From positions 67,503 to 131,502 of the forward strand of contig JAQVJU010000002.1 in assembly GCA_028694995.1 (NCBI GenBank): 64,000 bases of DNA, written 5' to 3'. The stretch's first letter is position 1, and each line of letters starts with the position of its first letter. The translations under genes and the position numbers were made by a program. Below the pieces are notes generated by a model that saw only the letters and a program-made list of their open reading frames with translations, was not told the DNA's origin and did not search any database. Shown in pieces: positions 53,184 to 63,588 of the stretch. Source of the stretch: Minisyncoccota bacterium (lineage in GTDB: Bacteria; Patescibacteriota; Minisyncoccia; UBA6257).

Positions 53184-53579
53184 TTATCCTTCTTTAATAG
53201 ATTTTGGCACAACTAAACCTGTATTTGGATCTAAATCACAAATCGCTGTTATCTTTTTTATAAATTGATCCATGGTTGCTATAGCAGTAATGGTAATCTC
53301 ATTTCCTTGTTTATTAATACTTATCCCAACATCATTATCTTTATAAATACTTAGATGATAAAATCCGAGAAAATCTTTCTTCCTTTCCAATCTTATTAAA
53401 GCATCTTGAATCCCTGAGTATGCACTATAATAAGCGCTTAAGCTTTTTTGATTAGCATTTACATTTTGAATACTCCAATAGGTTAAAACTGCCGTTGATA
53501 AACTAATGATAAATACAAGAGAGCCGAGTGAAATAACGGTAATTAATGCAGCCACACCTTTTAATTTTCTCTTTTTCAT
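53184..53579 (-). CDS. PilX-like minor pilin N-terminal domain protein
   Basis: Basic leader, KGVAALITVI hydrophobic helix, AYYSAYSGIQDAL motif. Confidence 0.6.
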   Translation of the reverse strand: MKKRKLKGVAALITVISLGSLVFIISLSTAVLTYWSIQNVNANQKSLSAYYSAYSGIQDALIRLERKKDFLGFYHLSIYKDNDVGISINKQGNEITITAIATMDQFIKKITAICDLDPNTGLVVPKSIKEG

Positions 53580-53632
53580 ACCCTATCCTTTATTTTACAT
53601 ATTATAACACAAAACCTTAGCAATCATATTTC

Positions 53633-53824
53633 CTAATCATTAAGAAATAATTTATCTATATTTGTTTTTAAAACTCTAGCTATATTCATAGCTAATTTTA
53701 AAGAAGGATTGTATTTTCCTTGTTCTAAAAAAACAATGGTTTCTCGTCTGACCTTTACTTGATTTGCTAATTCTTCCTGAGTCAAATTAAACTTTTGTCT
53801 GAATTCCTTAATCCTGTTTTTCAT
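53633..53824 (-). CDS. XRE-family HTH regulator
   Basis: LTQEELA...VRRETI...[10 protein letters not shown]. Confidence 0.9.
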   Translation of the reverse strand: MKNRIKEFRQKFNLTQEELANQVKVRRETIVFLEQGKYNPSLKLAMNIARVLKTNIDKLFLND

Positions 53825-53825
53825 T

Positions 53826-54212
53826 TTAATTGTCTTTTTTACTTAAATACTTGAACAATAAAACATATAAAAACATTAAGAAACAAACGCTAAGAGCTAA
53901 ATATTGACCTAAGAGATATAAAAAACCTTGTCCTTTAGGTATTGCCATTAAAATAAAAGCCCCTAGAATGCCTATCCAGCTATAAATTTGAATTGTGTAG
54001 TAAGACGCTTTTCCAGCAACATGATAATCTCTTTCATCTGCTAAAACTTGTTCAGATTGAACTTGCGTATAGCAATAATACATTGCTATTCCAGCGATGA
54101 GCGTAAAAATAATAGGTAAATAATAGTTTTGTAAACTAACTGAAGCGCTAATCAATATTGAAAGCAGCATAACAATTATTAAACGATAAATTTTGTATTT
54201 TTTTAATGTCAT
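53826..54212 (-). CDS. DUF2178-like membrane protein
   Basis: LADERD motif between TM pairs; coupled to the XRE gene. Confidence 0.75.
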   Translation of the reverse strand: MTLKKYKIYRLIIVMLLSILISASVSLQNYYLPIIFTLIAGIAMYYCYTQVQSEQVLADERDYHVAGKASYYTIQIYSWIGILGAFILMAIPKGQGFLYLLGQYLALSVCFLMFLYVLLFKYLSKKDN

Positions 54213-54245
54213 TTTGTTGTTTTATTATTAATTTTATCTATCTTA

Positions 54246-54265
54246 ATGTTATATTATTCTAACAT
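54246..54265. promoter_or_regulatory. Palindrome ATGTTA-N8-TAACAT in the promoter of the DUF2178-XRE operon (probable operator)
   Basis: Inverted repeat next to a TTGACT -35 at 54269-54274. Confidence 0.5.
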
Positions 54266-54329
54266 CAAAGTCAAGATTAATAAAACAAAAACGAGCTTAG
54301 AATTAAGCCCGTTTTTATTCTTATTGTTT

Positions 54330-55007
54330 CTATTTGCCTAGCTTCTTATAGCACAACCACCAATCATAACATTCAAATTCCCCTTTTTTACTTCTTTCTA
54401 ATCTTTCTTTTGCTGCTTGAACATCAGTTGCTGGAGGAATAATTACTTGATCATCAATGATTTCATTTTCTGGCCAATTAGCTGGCATAGCTACCTTGTG
54501 TTTATCAGCGATTTGCATGGCTTTAACCACACGAACAATCTCATCTATATTACGACCTAATTCTTGAGGATAATACAGTATTATTCTAATCTTACCTTCA
54601 CTATCCACTACAAAAACCGCTCTCACAGTATTAGTGCCTTTTCCAGGATGAACTAAACCTAATTTATCAGCTACCTGTCCTGTATCAGCAATAATGGGAA
54701 AAGTAATCTCCACATCTAATTTTTCTTGAATCCATTCTTCCCATTTGATATGGGAAAAAACCTGATCCACGCTCATGCCTATTAATTCACAATTCAATTC
54801 TTTAAATTGTTCATATCTTTTTTGAAAAGCCACAAATTCTGTTGTGCAAACAGGCGTAAAATCTGCTGGATGGCTAAAAAGAACAAACCATTTACCCGAA
54901 AGATCATGAGGCAACTTCATTGTGCCTCTAGTAGTTACCACTTCCATTTCTGGAAATTTATCACCTAATAAAGGCATACTTTTTTGTTTTTCTAAGTTAT
55001 TATCCAT
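54330..55007 (-). CDS. Peroxiredoxin (Prx6/archaeal type)
   Basis: [13 protein letters not shown] and CYDWWLC motifs. Confidence 0.93.
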   Translation of the reverse strand: MDNNLEKQKSMPLLGDKFPEMEVVTTRGTMKLPHDLSGKWFVLFSHPADFTPVCTTEFVAFQKRYEQFKELNCELIGMSVDQVFSHIKWEEWIQEKLDVEITFPIIADTGQVADKLGLVHPGKGTNTVRAVFVVDSEGKIRIILYYPQELGRNIDEIVRVVKAMQIADKHKVAMPANWPENEIIDDQVIIPPATDVQAAKERLERSKKGEFECYDWWLCYKKLGK

Positions 55008-55175
55008 TTTTAATTTAAAATTAATGTTTAATAACGACCCTTATCGATAAATATCGATAATATTTAATAAGGATACCAGAAATGGTTTTTTTATCAAGCT
55101 ACTTATTCTATCTTTTAGATTGCATTTTTCAAACAATTATTGTATAATCTCAACAAAGAATATTTAACTAAATCT

Positions 55176-55496
55176 ATGTTTAAACCTAATTTTGAAAATA
55201 TACCTGAAAAAGGAATGGCCTTAAATAATAATGAACAGGAAGCACCAATAAATCCAGAAATAGATAAAACATCAGAAACAGAACAACAATCAGAAAATCA
55301 AACAAACCTCATTAATTTAAATATCGGTGATGAGTTTTTAATCCCAGAAACAAATATTGAATACAAAGTTTTAGTAAAATACGCAAAAGACAGAATCACC
55401 GCCAGAGAAAAAGGAACAGCAAATATCACTACTTTTAACGGAGAATTAAAAGTTATCCCTATTTCAACAAAAAAACAAGAAAAACCTGAAGAATAG
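55176..55496 (+). CDS. Hypothetical protein
   Basis: Reads on + (track strand wrong); TTGCAT-17-TATAAT promoter just upstream, terminator downstream. Confidence 0.6.
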   Translation: MFKPNFENIPEKGMALNNNEQEAPINPEIDKTSETEQQSENQTNLINLNIGDEFLIPETNIEYKVLVKYAKDRITAREKGTANITTFNGELKVIPISTKKQEKPEE

Positions 55497-55547
55497 ATTT
55501 TAATTATTTATTATTAAAAACCGCCCAAAGGCGGTTTTAATTTTTAT

Positions 55548-55847
55548 CTAACCTTTCTTATCAAGCTTATCCAGTTTCAACCATTTAAACCCAAAATACA
55601 CAACAAAAGCAATTATGAGAAAATCTATAATCACACTGATAAAATCCCCGTATAGGATTTGAGCTGAACCAAGATTAAAACTTGCTGTTTTTAAACCTTC
55701 AGCCACACCAAGAACCAAACCAAGAATTGGATTAATGATATCAGTAACCAAGGCTGAAACAACCTTAGAAACTGCGCCGCCAAGGATAAACCCTATTGCT
55801 AACCCAATCACTCCTTGTTTGCGAATAAAATCTATAAATCCTTCCAT
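55548..55847 (-). CDS. mscL: MscL-family large-conductance mechanosensitive channel
   Basis: FIDFIRKQGVIGLAIGFILG...LVTDIINP...YGDFI. Confidence 0.88.
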   Translation of the reverse strand: MEGFIDFIRKQGVIGLAIGFILGGAVSKVVSALVTDIINPILGLVLGVAEGLKTASFNLGSAQILYGDFISVIIDFLIIAFVVYFGFKWLKLDKLDKKG

Positions 55848-58543
55848 ATTTTTAATTTTTTAATTACGACCTTTTGATTGTTTGTTATAAAATATTTCTG
55901 TTTATAAAACTCAATTAATAAAATCTCTATAAAACTAAAACATAGTATCACTATCCAGGCGCTAACACCTAAGGGTTGAGTGGCTAAGATTTTCTGCAAA
56001 GGCGGAACATAAATGGCAACTAAGATTAAAAAGAGAGCAATGATTACGGCACCAGTTAAATACCAATTAGAAAATATGTCTTTTCTAAACATGGTTTTCT
56101 TTAAAGAACGAATACTAAAGATAAGAAGTAAAGGATCTAAGCATAATAAAACAAAAGTCATTGTTTGAGCCAAACCCAAATCTCCTGTAAATTTCCATAA
56201 GGCAAAGAAAAAGAAAAAAGCCGCTAAGCCAGAAATGAAAAACAAAGAAATCATCCATTTTTTCATTGGTTTGTTTAACATAGATTCTTTAGGATCTCTT
56301 GGTTTTTCTTCCATCATTCCTTCAATCTCCTGCTCTGCTGTTAAGGCAATATCTGGAAAACCATTAACCACCAAATTAATCCAAAGAATTTGAGCTGGAA
56401 TTAAAGGCAAAGGCAACCCCACTATCATGCAACCTAAAAATAAAACTAATTCAGCAAAATCATCTGATACCATATAAATAAAAAGCTTACGAATATTTTG
56501 AAAAATCACCCTACCCTGTTCAATAGCTTTTAAAATTGTCTTAAAGTTATCATCAATTAAGACCAGGTCAGCGACTTCTTTTGCCACATCAGTGCCTGAA
56601 CCAACAGCAACTCCAATATCTGCTGTTTTTAATGCTGGGGCATCATTTACTCCGTCGCCAAACATAGCCACTACCTCATCATTGTATTGTAAAGCCCTGA
56701 CAATACGAAGCTTATGATAAGGCGAAACCCGAGCATAAATTGTCACATATTTAGATTTCTCTCTTAATTCCTCATCACTCATTGTTTCTAATTCTTTTCC
56801 CTCTATTATCTTATCTTCAGTGGCTTCAATGCCTATCTCTTCAGCAATGGTTTTTGCTGTTAATTTATGATCTCCAGTTACAATCACTGTCCGAATACCT
56901 GCTTTTTTAGTAATGAAGATAGATTCTTTTGCATCTTGGCGAAGAGGATCTTTTAAAGCTATAAAACCAACCAAAGACAAACCATCAACTAAATCTATTA
57001 AGTTTTTGTATTCTGTTTGAGCATCATAATTCCTATAAGCGCAAGCAAGCACTCGCAATCCTTTTTTAGTCAAAGTTTCCAACTTATCAATTAATTTATT
57101 AGCCTCTTCTGTGCCTAATTTTACTTTTCTTCCATCAATATCTAAATTAAATGAACGGGCAATAATTTCTTCTGGGGCGCCAACAACATAAAGAGCGCTT
57201 TTGTTTTTTTCTATCCTATGAAAAGTAGCTGTAAATTTATTTTCTGATTCAAAACTGATTCTATCCATTATTGGATATTGTTTTTCAAGTTTCTTTTTAT
57301 TCAAACCCAAATGCATTCCTGCTAATAGTAAAGCGGTTTCTGTTGACCTCCCTCTAACTATCCATTGTTCTAATTCTTCTTCTGGATTTTCCACATAAGA
57401 ATCATTAGCCAAAGTAGCAATCTTTAAGGCTAAGATATAAGATTCAGCGCCTTCAATATTTTCATCTTTAATAAATTCATCAAAATCATTACCCATTAAT
57501 TCCTTACTACTAGTTAATACATGACTAACTTGCATCTTACCTTCAGTTAAAGTTCCTGTTTTATCAGTACAAATAACTGTTACCCCACCCAGAGTTTCAG
57601 CGGCTACTAATCTTTTAACCAAACCATTTTGATTAAATATCCGCCTCATTCCTAAAACCAAAACCACAGTAATTGCTGGAGGCAATCCTTCTGGTATTGC
57701 TGAGACTGCCAAAGCCAAAGCAGCTACAAATATATCAGTAAAAGGTTTCCCAGTTAAAACACCAACAACAACAATTACAAAAATAACAGAAAGAATAAAC
57801 ACACCAGCTATCTTTGCTAATGAATTAATCTGTCGTTGAAAAGGCGTATATCGTTCTTTAGTTTCTTTTAAAAGAGCCACTATCTTACCCATTTCTGTAT
57901 TAATGCCTGTGGCTACAATTATTACTAAAGCCCGTCCTTCTTCCACTATCGTCCCCATAAAAACCATATTGGTTCTTTCTGAAACAGGAGTATTTTTATG
58001 TAGATTATCAACTGTTTGTTTATCAACTGCTTGTGATTCTCCAGTCAAACTGGCCTCATTCATTTTCAATCTCTTTGATTTTATTATCCGCCCATCTGCA
58101 GGCACTCTATCCCCTGTCCTGAGGATAATCACATCACCAACCACTAACCTTTCACTGTCAATTTCTCTCTCATTGCTATTTCTAAAAACCCTGGCCTTGA
58201 TTTTCATCATTTTTTTTAAAAGAGACAATGATTCATTGGCCTTATATTCCTGATAAAAACCAATGGTGGTATTAATCATCAAAACAATAATAATAAAAAC
58301 AGAATCAAAGTAGTGCTTTAAGAAAAAAGAAATCAAAACTATAATCAACAAAAAGTAGATTAAAGGATTATTAAACTGACTGAAAAACAACTGTATTTTT
58401 GAATAAGGTTTTTCTTGAGGTAAAAGATTAGGTCCATCTTTTTTAAGACGACGGGCAGCTTCTTTTTTTGTTAACCCTGTTTCCTTGCTTCTAGTCTCAA
58501 AAAAAACATCAGCAATGGATTTTGAATGCCATTTTTTACTCAT
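55832..58543 (-). CDS. P-type cation-transporting ATPase (type II)
   Basis: TGES, IPEGL, DKTGTLT, TGD and GDGVNDAP motifs. Confidence 0.94.
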   Translation of the reverse strand: MSKKWHSKSIADVFFETRSKETGLTKKEAARRLKKDGPNLLPQEKPYSKIQLFFSQFNNPLIYFLLIIVLISFFLKHYFDSVFIIIVLMINTTIGFYQEYKANESLSLLKKMMKIKARVFRNSNEREIDSERLVVGDVIILRTGDRVPADGRIIKSKRLKMNEASLTGESQAVDKQTVDNLHKNTPVSERTNMVFMGTIVEEGRALVIIVATGINTEMGKIVALLKETKERYTPFQRQINSLAKIAGVFILSVIFVIVVVGVLTGKPFTDIFVAALALAVSAIPEGLPPAITVVLVLGMRRIFNQNGLVKRLVAAETLGGVTVICTDKTGTLTEGKMQVSHVLTSSKELMGNDFDEFIKDENIEGAESYILALKIATLANDSYVENPEEELEQWIVRGRSTETALLLAGMHLGLNKKKLEKQYPIMDRISFESENKFTATFHRIEKNKSALYVVGAPEEIIARSFNLDIDGRKVKLGTEEANKLIDKLETLTKKGLRVLACAYRNYDAQTEYKNLIDLVDGLSLVGFIALKDPLRQDAKESIFITKKAGIRTVIVTGDHKLTAKTIAEEIGIEATEDKIIEGKELETMSDEELREKSKYVTIYARVSPYHKLRIVRALQYNDEVVAMFGDGVNDAPALKTADIGVAVGSGTDVAKEVADLVLIDDNFKTILKAIEQGRVIFQNIRKLFIYMVSDDFAELVLFLGCMIVGLPLPLIPAQILWINLVVNGFPDIALTAEQEIEGMMEEKPRDPKESMLNKPMKKWMISLFFISGLAAFFFFFALWKFTGDLGLAQTMTFVLLCLDPLLLIFSIRSLKKTMFRKDIFSNWYLTGAVIIALFLILVAIYVPPLQKILATQPLGVSAWIVILCFSFIEILLIEFYKQKYFITNNQKVVIKKLKIWKDL

Positions 58544-58579
58544 GAATCTATTTTATCAAAAAATCATTTTTTTATACAA

Positions 58580-59482
58580 TTAATCAACAGCAAATAATTC
58601 ATTTTCTCTAATAGAAGACTCTAAAAGACTTTTTATAAAAGGATTTTTAAATTGACTTTGATATATTCTTAAAGCTTTTTCCTTGTTTTCTTTAATTTCT
58701 GGAGAAAGCATAAATTTCTCCCAACCTCCATCAATAGTAATCAAATTCAAAGGCGGTAAAACAAATAAATCAGGGGCATATTTCTTAGGTTGAGGAAAAT
58801 CTTCATGATGAACTAAGTATTTATAAGAAAAGAGTTTTTGAGTAAATTCTTCTATTTTCTCTAATTCTTCCCATTTCTCTTCTTTGATTAAATCTTCATA
58901 TTCTTGTAAAGATTCTTTAAGATCCGATTGAGTTTTTTTATCTTTTAAAATCTCTTCAATCACCTTACCAATTATTGAATGATCTTTATGACTATCATCA
59001 GGATGAGGATAAAAAAGAACATTTGGTTGAATTTTTTCAATCTGTTTTAATAAAACTTCTTTCAATTCTTCAGAATTAACCTCATTTACTTTACTGTCTT
59101 GATAATTTAAATAAATTAAATTTTCCTTAGGAACTCCTAATATCTTAGTTGCATTTTCAAATTCTTGATAACGTTCAACTTTTAAATTATGACGATTGCC
59201 ATCGGTGACTAAAACAATATAAACTTCAGCTCCATTTTTAATAGATTCATTAATATATCCCCCACAAGCAATAGTTTCATCATCAGGATGAGGAGCAAAG
59301 ACTAAAACCACATCTTCTGACTGAGGTAAATAAACTTCATTTAAAAAATGAATGGCTAGCTGAGGTAAAACTGGATTAACTTTAAAATATCCAAAAACTG
59401 ATAATCCAATTATTAAAAGCAAAAACAATACTAATAATTGCCATTTATGACTAGCTTTAATTTTCTTTAATATTTTTCCCAT
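58580..59482 (-). CDS. PIG-L/LmbE family deacetylase with N-terminal TM
   Basis: APHPDDE, VTDG and DSHKDH motifs. Confidence 0.88.
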   Translation of the reverse strand: MGKILKKIKASHKWQLLVLFLLLIIGLSVFGYFKVNPVLPQLAIHFLNEVYLPQSEDVVLVFAPHPDDETIACGGYINESIKNGAEVYIVLVTDGNRHNLKVERYQEFENATKILGVPKENLIYLNYQDSKVNEVNSEELKEVLLKQIEKIQPNVLFYPHPDDSHKDHSIIGKVIEEILKDKKTQSDLKESLQEYEDLIKEEKWEELEKIEEFTQKLFSYKYLVHHEDFPQPKKYAPDLFVLPPLNLITIDGGWEKFMLSPEIKENKEKALRIYQSQFKNPFIKSLLESSIRENELFAVD

Positions 59483-59826
59483 TATAATCCTAATATTTTC
59501 TTTAAAGCTACAGCATTGTTATATTTCATATCAACAGCAGAATATAATAAAGTTACCTTTTTCTTTTTTTTAATAATTTCTTTTAATTCGTTTACAATTT
59601 CTTTTTTCAATTTTAATTCTTCTTTGTATTTTTTTTGAAATTCTAACCATTTCTCTGGATCATGATTAAACCATTGACGTAATTCATTACTGGGTGATAT
59701 TTCTTTAAACCATAAATCTATCTTAGCTTTTTCCTTAGATATTCCTCTAGGCCAGAGATGATCTATTAATATCCGATACCCATCATCTTCTTCTAATTTC
59801 TCATAAATTCTTTTAATTTTAACCAT
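59482..59826 (-). CDS. DUF488 (YeaO-like) protein
   Basis: IKRIYE...DGYRILID.LWPRG...ELRQWFNH...NNAVAL. Confidence 0.88.
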   Translation of the reverse strand: MVKIKRIYEKLEEDDGYRILIDHLWPRGISKEKAKIDLWFKEISPSNELRQWFNHDPEKWLEFQKKYKEELKLKKEIVNELKEIIKKKKKVTLLYSAVDMKYNNAVALKKILGL

Positions 59827-59957
59827 ATTTTAAAAGTTTTATTAAACTTTGTTGTAATTCTATCAAAAAATCACCAAAAAGGCGATTTTTTATTATATAA
59901 TATAAAAATATTGTAAATATTATTTTAATAGAAATTTTTATTATTACCTAGGGAGGC

Positions 59958-59985
59958 TTGACAAAATCATAAAAAAGTTCATAAT
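59958..59985 (+). promoter_or_regulatory. Sigma-70 promoter for the rSAM-peptide cassette
   Basis: TTGACA-16-CATAAT. Confidence 0.6.
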
Positions 59986-60034
59986 AATTATATAAAGAAC
60001 CTTGAAAATTTAAATAGGAAAGAAGGTGATAAAA

Positions 60035-61129
60035 ATGTTTTACCAACCAGTTACAACTCCCATTATTAAACCAGTTAATGGAATGTGTAATTTATCCTGT
60101 TTATACTGCTACACACTAAATCTAAAGAAATATACTGATAAAAATATGATGTGCCCAAAGACACTAAGAGCGACTATTGATTTCTTTTGCGCTGATCAAG
60201 ATGATATTGAATTTATTTGGCATGGCGGCGAACCTTTACTTGCAGGACTAGAGTTTTATCGTAAAATAATAAAAATTCAAAAAAACTGGAAATTAAAAGG
60301 AAGAAGAATAACAAATACCCTTCAAACTAATGCTACCCTTATCACCCCTGAATGGGTTAAATTTTTTGCTGAAAATGATTTTTTTATTGGTGTAAGTTTA
60401 GATGGACCGAAAGAGTTTCATGATCAATTACGCACTTACCCCAATGGTAAAGGATCATATGATGACGTTATGAAAGGTATTAATTTATTACGTCAAGCTA
60501 AAATATTCAATGGAGTTATTTGTGATATAAGTACTGTTAATTACAAATTTCCTAAAGAAATTTTTAATTTTTTTATCCTAGAAGATATAAAAAAATTAAA
60601 ATTCACTAGAGTAAAAAGTATTGGTCATTGTAATAATGTATCTTCGCTAGCTATTTCCCCTGCGCAATACACAGATTTTATGATTACTATCTTTGATCAT
60701 TGGCTTGATTTAGATGATCCAGAAATTGAAATTCGGGATATACAAAGTGTTGTTAATTTAATTTTAGGAGGAAATAGACGTGAATGCATCTATATGGGAC
60801 AATGCGATCAATTTGTTACTGTTTATTCCGATGGTTCAATTTACGGCTGTGATTCTTTTCCTAAAATAGATGAACTGTATTTTGGCAATATATTTGAAAA
60901 GCCAATTAAAGTTAGATCAAGCCCTCATTTACTAGCTTTTCGAAAACTACTAAAGGAAAGAAAGGAATTTTGTCAAACCTGTGATTGGTACTTTATATGC
61001 CAAGGAGGGTGTGCAAAAGATAATTACGACCAATTAAACTCTATTCAGCCACTAGATGAGATATGTAAGAATTTACAACGATATTTCAAGCATATATCAA
61101 CTAAAATACAATCATATAACCTTGTTTAA
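60035..61129 (+). CDS. Radical SAM/SPASM peptide maturase (anSME-like fold; candidate cyclophane-forming enzyme)
   Basis: CNLSCLYC, WHGGEPLL, QTNATL, GVSLDGP; SPASM C-x5-C...GC...CxxC-x5-C-xGG-C. Reads on +. GAAGGTG SD favours ATG 60035 over GTG 60026. Confidence 0.9.
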   Translation: MFYQPVTTPIIKPVNGMCNLSCLYCYTLNLKKYTDKNMMCPKTLRATIDFFCADQDDIEFIWHGGEPLLAGLEFYRKIIKIQKNWKLKGRRITNTLQTNATLITPEWVKFFAENDFFIGVSLDGPKEFHDQLRTYPNGKGSYDDVMKGINLLRQAKIFNGVICDISTVNYKFPKEIFNFFILEDIKKLKFTRVKSIGHCNNVSSLAISPAQYTDFMITIFDHWLDLDDPEIEIRDIQSVVNLILGGNRRECIYMGQCDQFVTVYSDGSIYGCDSFPKIDELYFGNIFEKPIKVRSSPHLLAFRKLLKERKEFCQTCDWYFICQGGCAKDNYDQLNSIQPLDEICKNLQRYFKHISTKIQSYNLV

Positions 61130-61175
61130 CTAAAAATTACCTTATTTCATTTAACTAAAAAGGAGGTAAAGAATT

Positions 61176-61343
61176 ATGTTAAATGATGCTTGCACCTTAA
61201 AGGAGAATCCCATCATTATTCCTAAGGTTTTAATTGAAGCAAAAAAAGAAGTAAATATCCTAACTTCAAACAAAAGACAGCCTTGGGATAAAGCTTGGGA
61301 AAAAGGCCCTTGGGATAAAGGACATTGGGCTAATAGAAAGTAA
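61176..61343 (+). CDS. Putative RiPP precursor peptide, 55 aa: MLNDACTLKENPIIIPKVLIEAKKEVNILTSNKRQPWDKAWEKGPWDKGHWANRK (not in ORF track)
   Basis: AGGAGGT SD at 61161-61167, 46 nt after the rSAM stop, four W-x-K/N motifs, followed by a terminator. Confidence 0.85.
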   Translation: MLNDACTLKENPIIIPKVLIEAKKEVNILTSNKRQPWDKAWEKGPWDKGHWANRK

Positions 61344-61358
61344 TGCTCTTTCTTCTCC

Positions 61359-61397
61359 AAAGCCTCTTCTAAAGATTCAGAAGAGGCTTTTTCTTTT
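61359..61397 (+). terminator. Intrinsic terminator closing the rSAM-peptide operon (probably bidirectional)
   Basis: AAAGCCTCTTCT-N8-AGAAGAGGCTTT followed by TTCTTTT. Confidence 0.8.
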
Positions 61398-62259
61398 AAT
61401 ATTTTATGGCTCCTAATAAATCTCTAAGATAATCTTCATCAATTATTTTATAATCTTTTAGGTATAATCCTGTGATTTTATATAATTTATATGCAATAAA
61501 CTTCCTCCATTCTAATAAATCCTTGGGTTTTGATTTAAAAGGAATAACTATTGTTTTTAAATATTTCTCACTTAGATAACCTTCTGGAATAAATGAACTA
61601 ATCAATAATTCTTCTAGAAACATTTTGGCTGGCATATTTTTACTTAGTTTTATCAACAATTCATTATTTTTCTCAGCTATCTTAGTAATTTTCAAAAATA
61701 AATCTTCATTCTTTCTTAATATTAAATGAAAAAATTCATGGGCTAAAACTGCTAAAGGAAAAAAATCCTTAGGGATTTGAAGATTAAAAGGAATTTCAAC
61801 TACAATAAAACTATTTTTTGGTTCCCAGGAAAACCAAGCATTTATCTCTTTATCTTTACTTGTTAAATCAGAAACAAGATAAATAGGTACTCTAGAAATT
61901 AAAAAATTATTTATTCCACTTAATTTTTTTATTTTAAAGATTACTTTTTGAAACAACGATTCATTATCTAGAAAATATTGTTGCCATGAAAGTAAATGCT
62001 TATATGCTTTATGCCAATATATATCAAATTCTTTATCTAATAAAATAATTGAATTTTGTATTTCTTTTACATTATCTTTCCCAATATTCTTTTCAATTTG
62101 TTTCCATATTTTATCCTCCTTTTCCCCATAAAAAGACAAACTAACCTTTTCATCTAGCAAATATTTTTGTAAATCTGATTTATTAAACTTTACTCTATTT
62201 GATTTTTGAGTAAAAAATAAGAGATTAGATAAACGAGAAATTTTAATTGATAAACTCAT
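61396..62259 (-). CDS. Hypothetical HExxH-motif protein
   Basis: LAHEFFHL motif with downstream FLEELL; convergent on the peptide gene. Confidence 0.6.
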   Translation of the reverse strand: MSLSIKISRLSNLLFFTQKSNRVKFNKSDLQKYLLDEKVSLSFYGEKEDKIWKQIEKNIGKDNVKEIQNSIILLDKEFDIYWHKAYKHLLSWQQYFLDNESLFQKVIFKIKKLSGINNFLISRVPIYLVSDLTSKDKEINAWFSWEPKNSFIVVEIPFNLQIPKDFFPLAVLAHEFFHLILRKNEDLFLKITKIAEKNNELLIKLSKNMPAKMFLEELLISSFIPEGYLSEKYLKTIVIPFKSKPKDLLEWRKFIAYKLYKITGLYLKDYKIIDEDYLRDLLGAIKY

Positions 62260-62595
62260 ATTTTAAAAATATATATTAAGTTTAACAAACTTTAATAAGC
62301 CTTTAGATAAAAAACTAAAATTTTCCGCCAATCGGGTTTTAAAAATTTACTTATGTTTTTTTTCATATTATCTGATTATAACAAAAATAAACTTTTTGTC
62401 CCAGATTTTGCTAGCTCAGAGCCGTGAACAACGTTAGAACTATTATACAACAGCAAAATGAATATACCTATATACCAAATCTAAGAAAATTTGGTAAGAA
62501 ATAGATTTTACCCCACCTCCTAGCTCACTATTGTTTTGAAACAAAGAACTCCCAAAAATTGAGAATTCTTTACAAGATAACGAATAATTTTTTGC

Positions 62596-63588
62596 TTAAA
62601 AAGTTTCTTTACTACCGTCTTCGTAAATAATGGTATTAACTTCCCATTTGTATTGCAGATTCTGTAATTCTGTATTCTTTAGCTTAACGTCTTTATCAAT
62701 AAACTGATTATAATCTGTTCCCACATTCAACCAGGTATTACTTCCATTAGCTGAGATTACTTGGTCATAGCCTACGTTTACTGCCTTAATTTTATTGTCA
62801 AAAATATCATAAAATGTAAGCACCCCCTGGACCCCTCTTATATTCTTATCTGTCTTATTAGTGAATTTCAAATCCATAGTGATTTTGTCTTGGTAATCAC
62901 CTGACATATAATCGGCTTCGTGAAATCCTTTTTTGGTAATTTCAAGTATAACTTTATCTACTTTTACTTGATTCTGATCAAAGCCCGATATATCGGTCTG
63001 ACCCGCACCACCTTGTTGCAGATTTTTATTTACTTCGGATGCCTTACTTAAGTTCTGCACGCTTGCCACGAAACCCATAATAATTGCCAAAACGACGATG
63101 GCAACTAAGGAAAGGACAAGACCGTGTTTATTGGACAAAGTTTCAGGCTGTTCAATCTCTGACGCCTCTGCCTTCTTATCATACTTGTTTGCTATCAAAT
63201 GCAGAATAACTCCCCCCGTAAGACCAATTACAAAAGACAAAACTATTACAAACATCCCGCCAATCGCTGTCCCAAACGCCGCTCCAACTTGCTCAAATTC
63301 GTTAGTGGTTGAGATTATAGCTTTTGAACCTAAAACAAATGTAAACACCAAAGAAGACACGGGGAGCAAGAAAAAAGATATTTCGGTTGAACGGAAAAGT
63401 CTCTCCACAATATGATTCTTTTCAGTAAATTGCCAAACGCTCCAAATCATTAAAACCCAAATAATCAAAAACGCCCAGCCAAGATAGGTATTAAGTGTCA
63501 TCAAAGCATAATTTTGCGTAAAAATAAGAGCTGGCAACAGAGCCAAAAGAATTTTAAGAACTATGTGTTTTTTATATTGATTTTCCAT
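62596..63588 (-). CDS. Membrane protein with five TM helices and a C-terminal soluble beta domain
   Basis: Long ORF; more CG-containing codons than host genes. Confidence 0.7.
   Translation of the reverse strand: MENQYKKHIVLKILLALLPALIFTQNYALMTLNTYLGWAFLIIWVLMIWSVWQFTEKNHIVERLFRSTEISFFLLPVSSLVFTFVLGSKAIISTTNEFEQVGAAFGTAIGGMFVIVLSFVIGLTGGVILHLIANKYDKKAEASEIEQPETLSNKHGLVLSLVAIVVLAIIMGFVASVQNLSKASEVNKNLQQGGAGQTDISGFDQNQVKVDKVILEITKKGFHEADYMSGDYQDKITMDLKFTNKTDKNIRGVQGVLTFYDIFDNKIKAVNVGYDQVISANGSNTWLNVGTDYNQFIDKDVKLKNTELQNLQYKWEVNTIIYEDGSKETF

Noticed and set aside
49907..55538. Near-identical hairpins AAAACCGC...GCGGTTTT at about 49907 and 55516 as a mobile repeat
   Set aside because: Both sit right after stop codons with A/T tails, so they are ordinary intrinsic terminators.
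60035..61129. Annotation as an anaerobic sulfatase-maturating enzyme
   Set aside because: The fold is similar, but there is no sulfatase in the window and a Trp-repeat peptide gene follows it. Not fully excluded without a phylogeny.
61151..61360. 69-aa minus-strand ORF MEKKEHYF...
   Set aside because: Antisense shadow of the precursor. It has a TTG start and no SD, while the + frame has a strong SD, operon context and a terminator.
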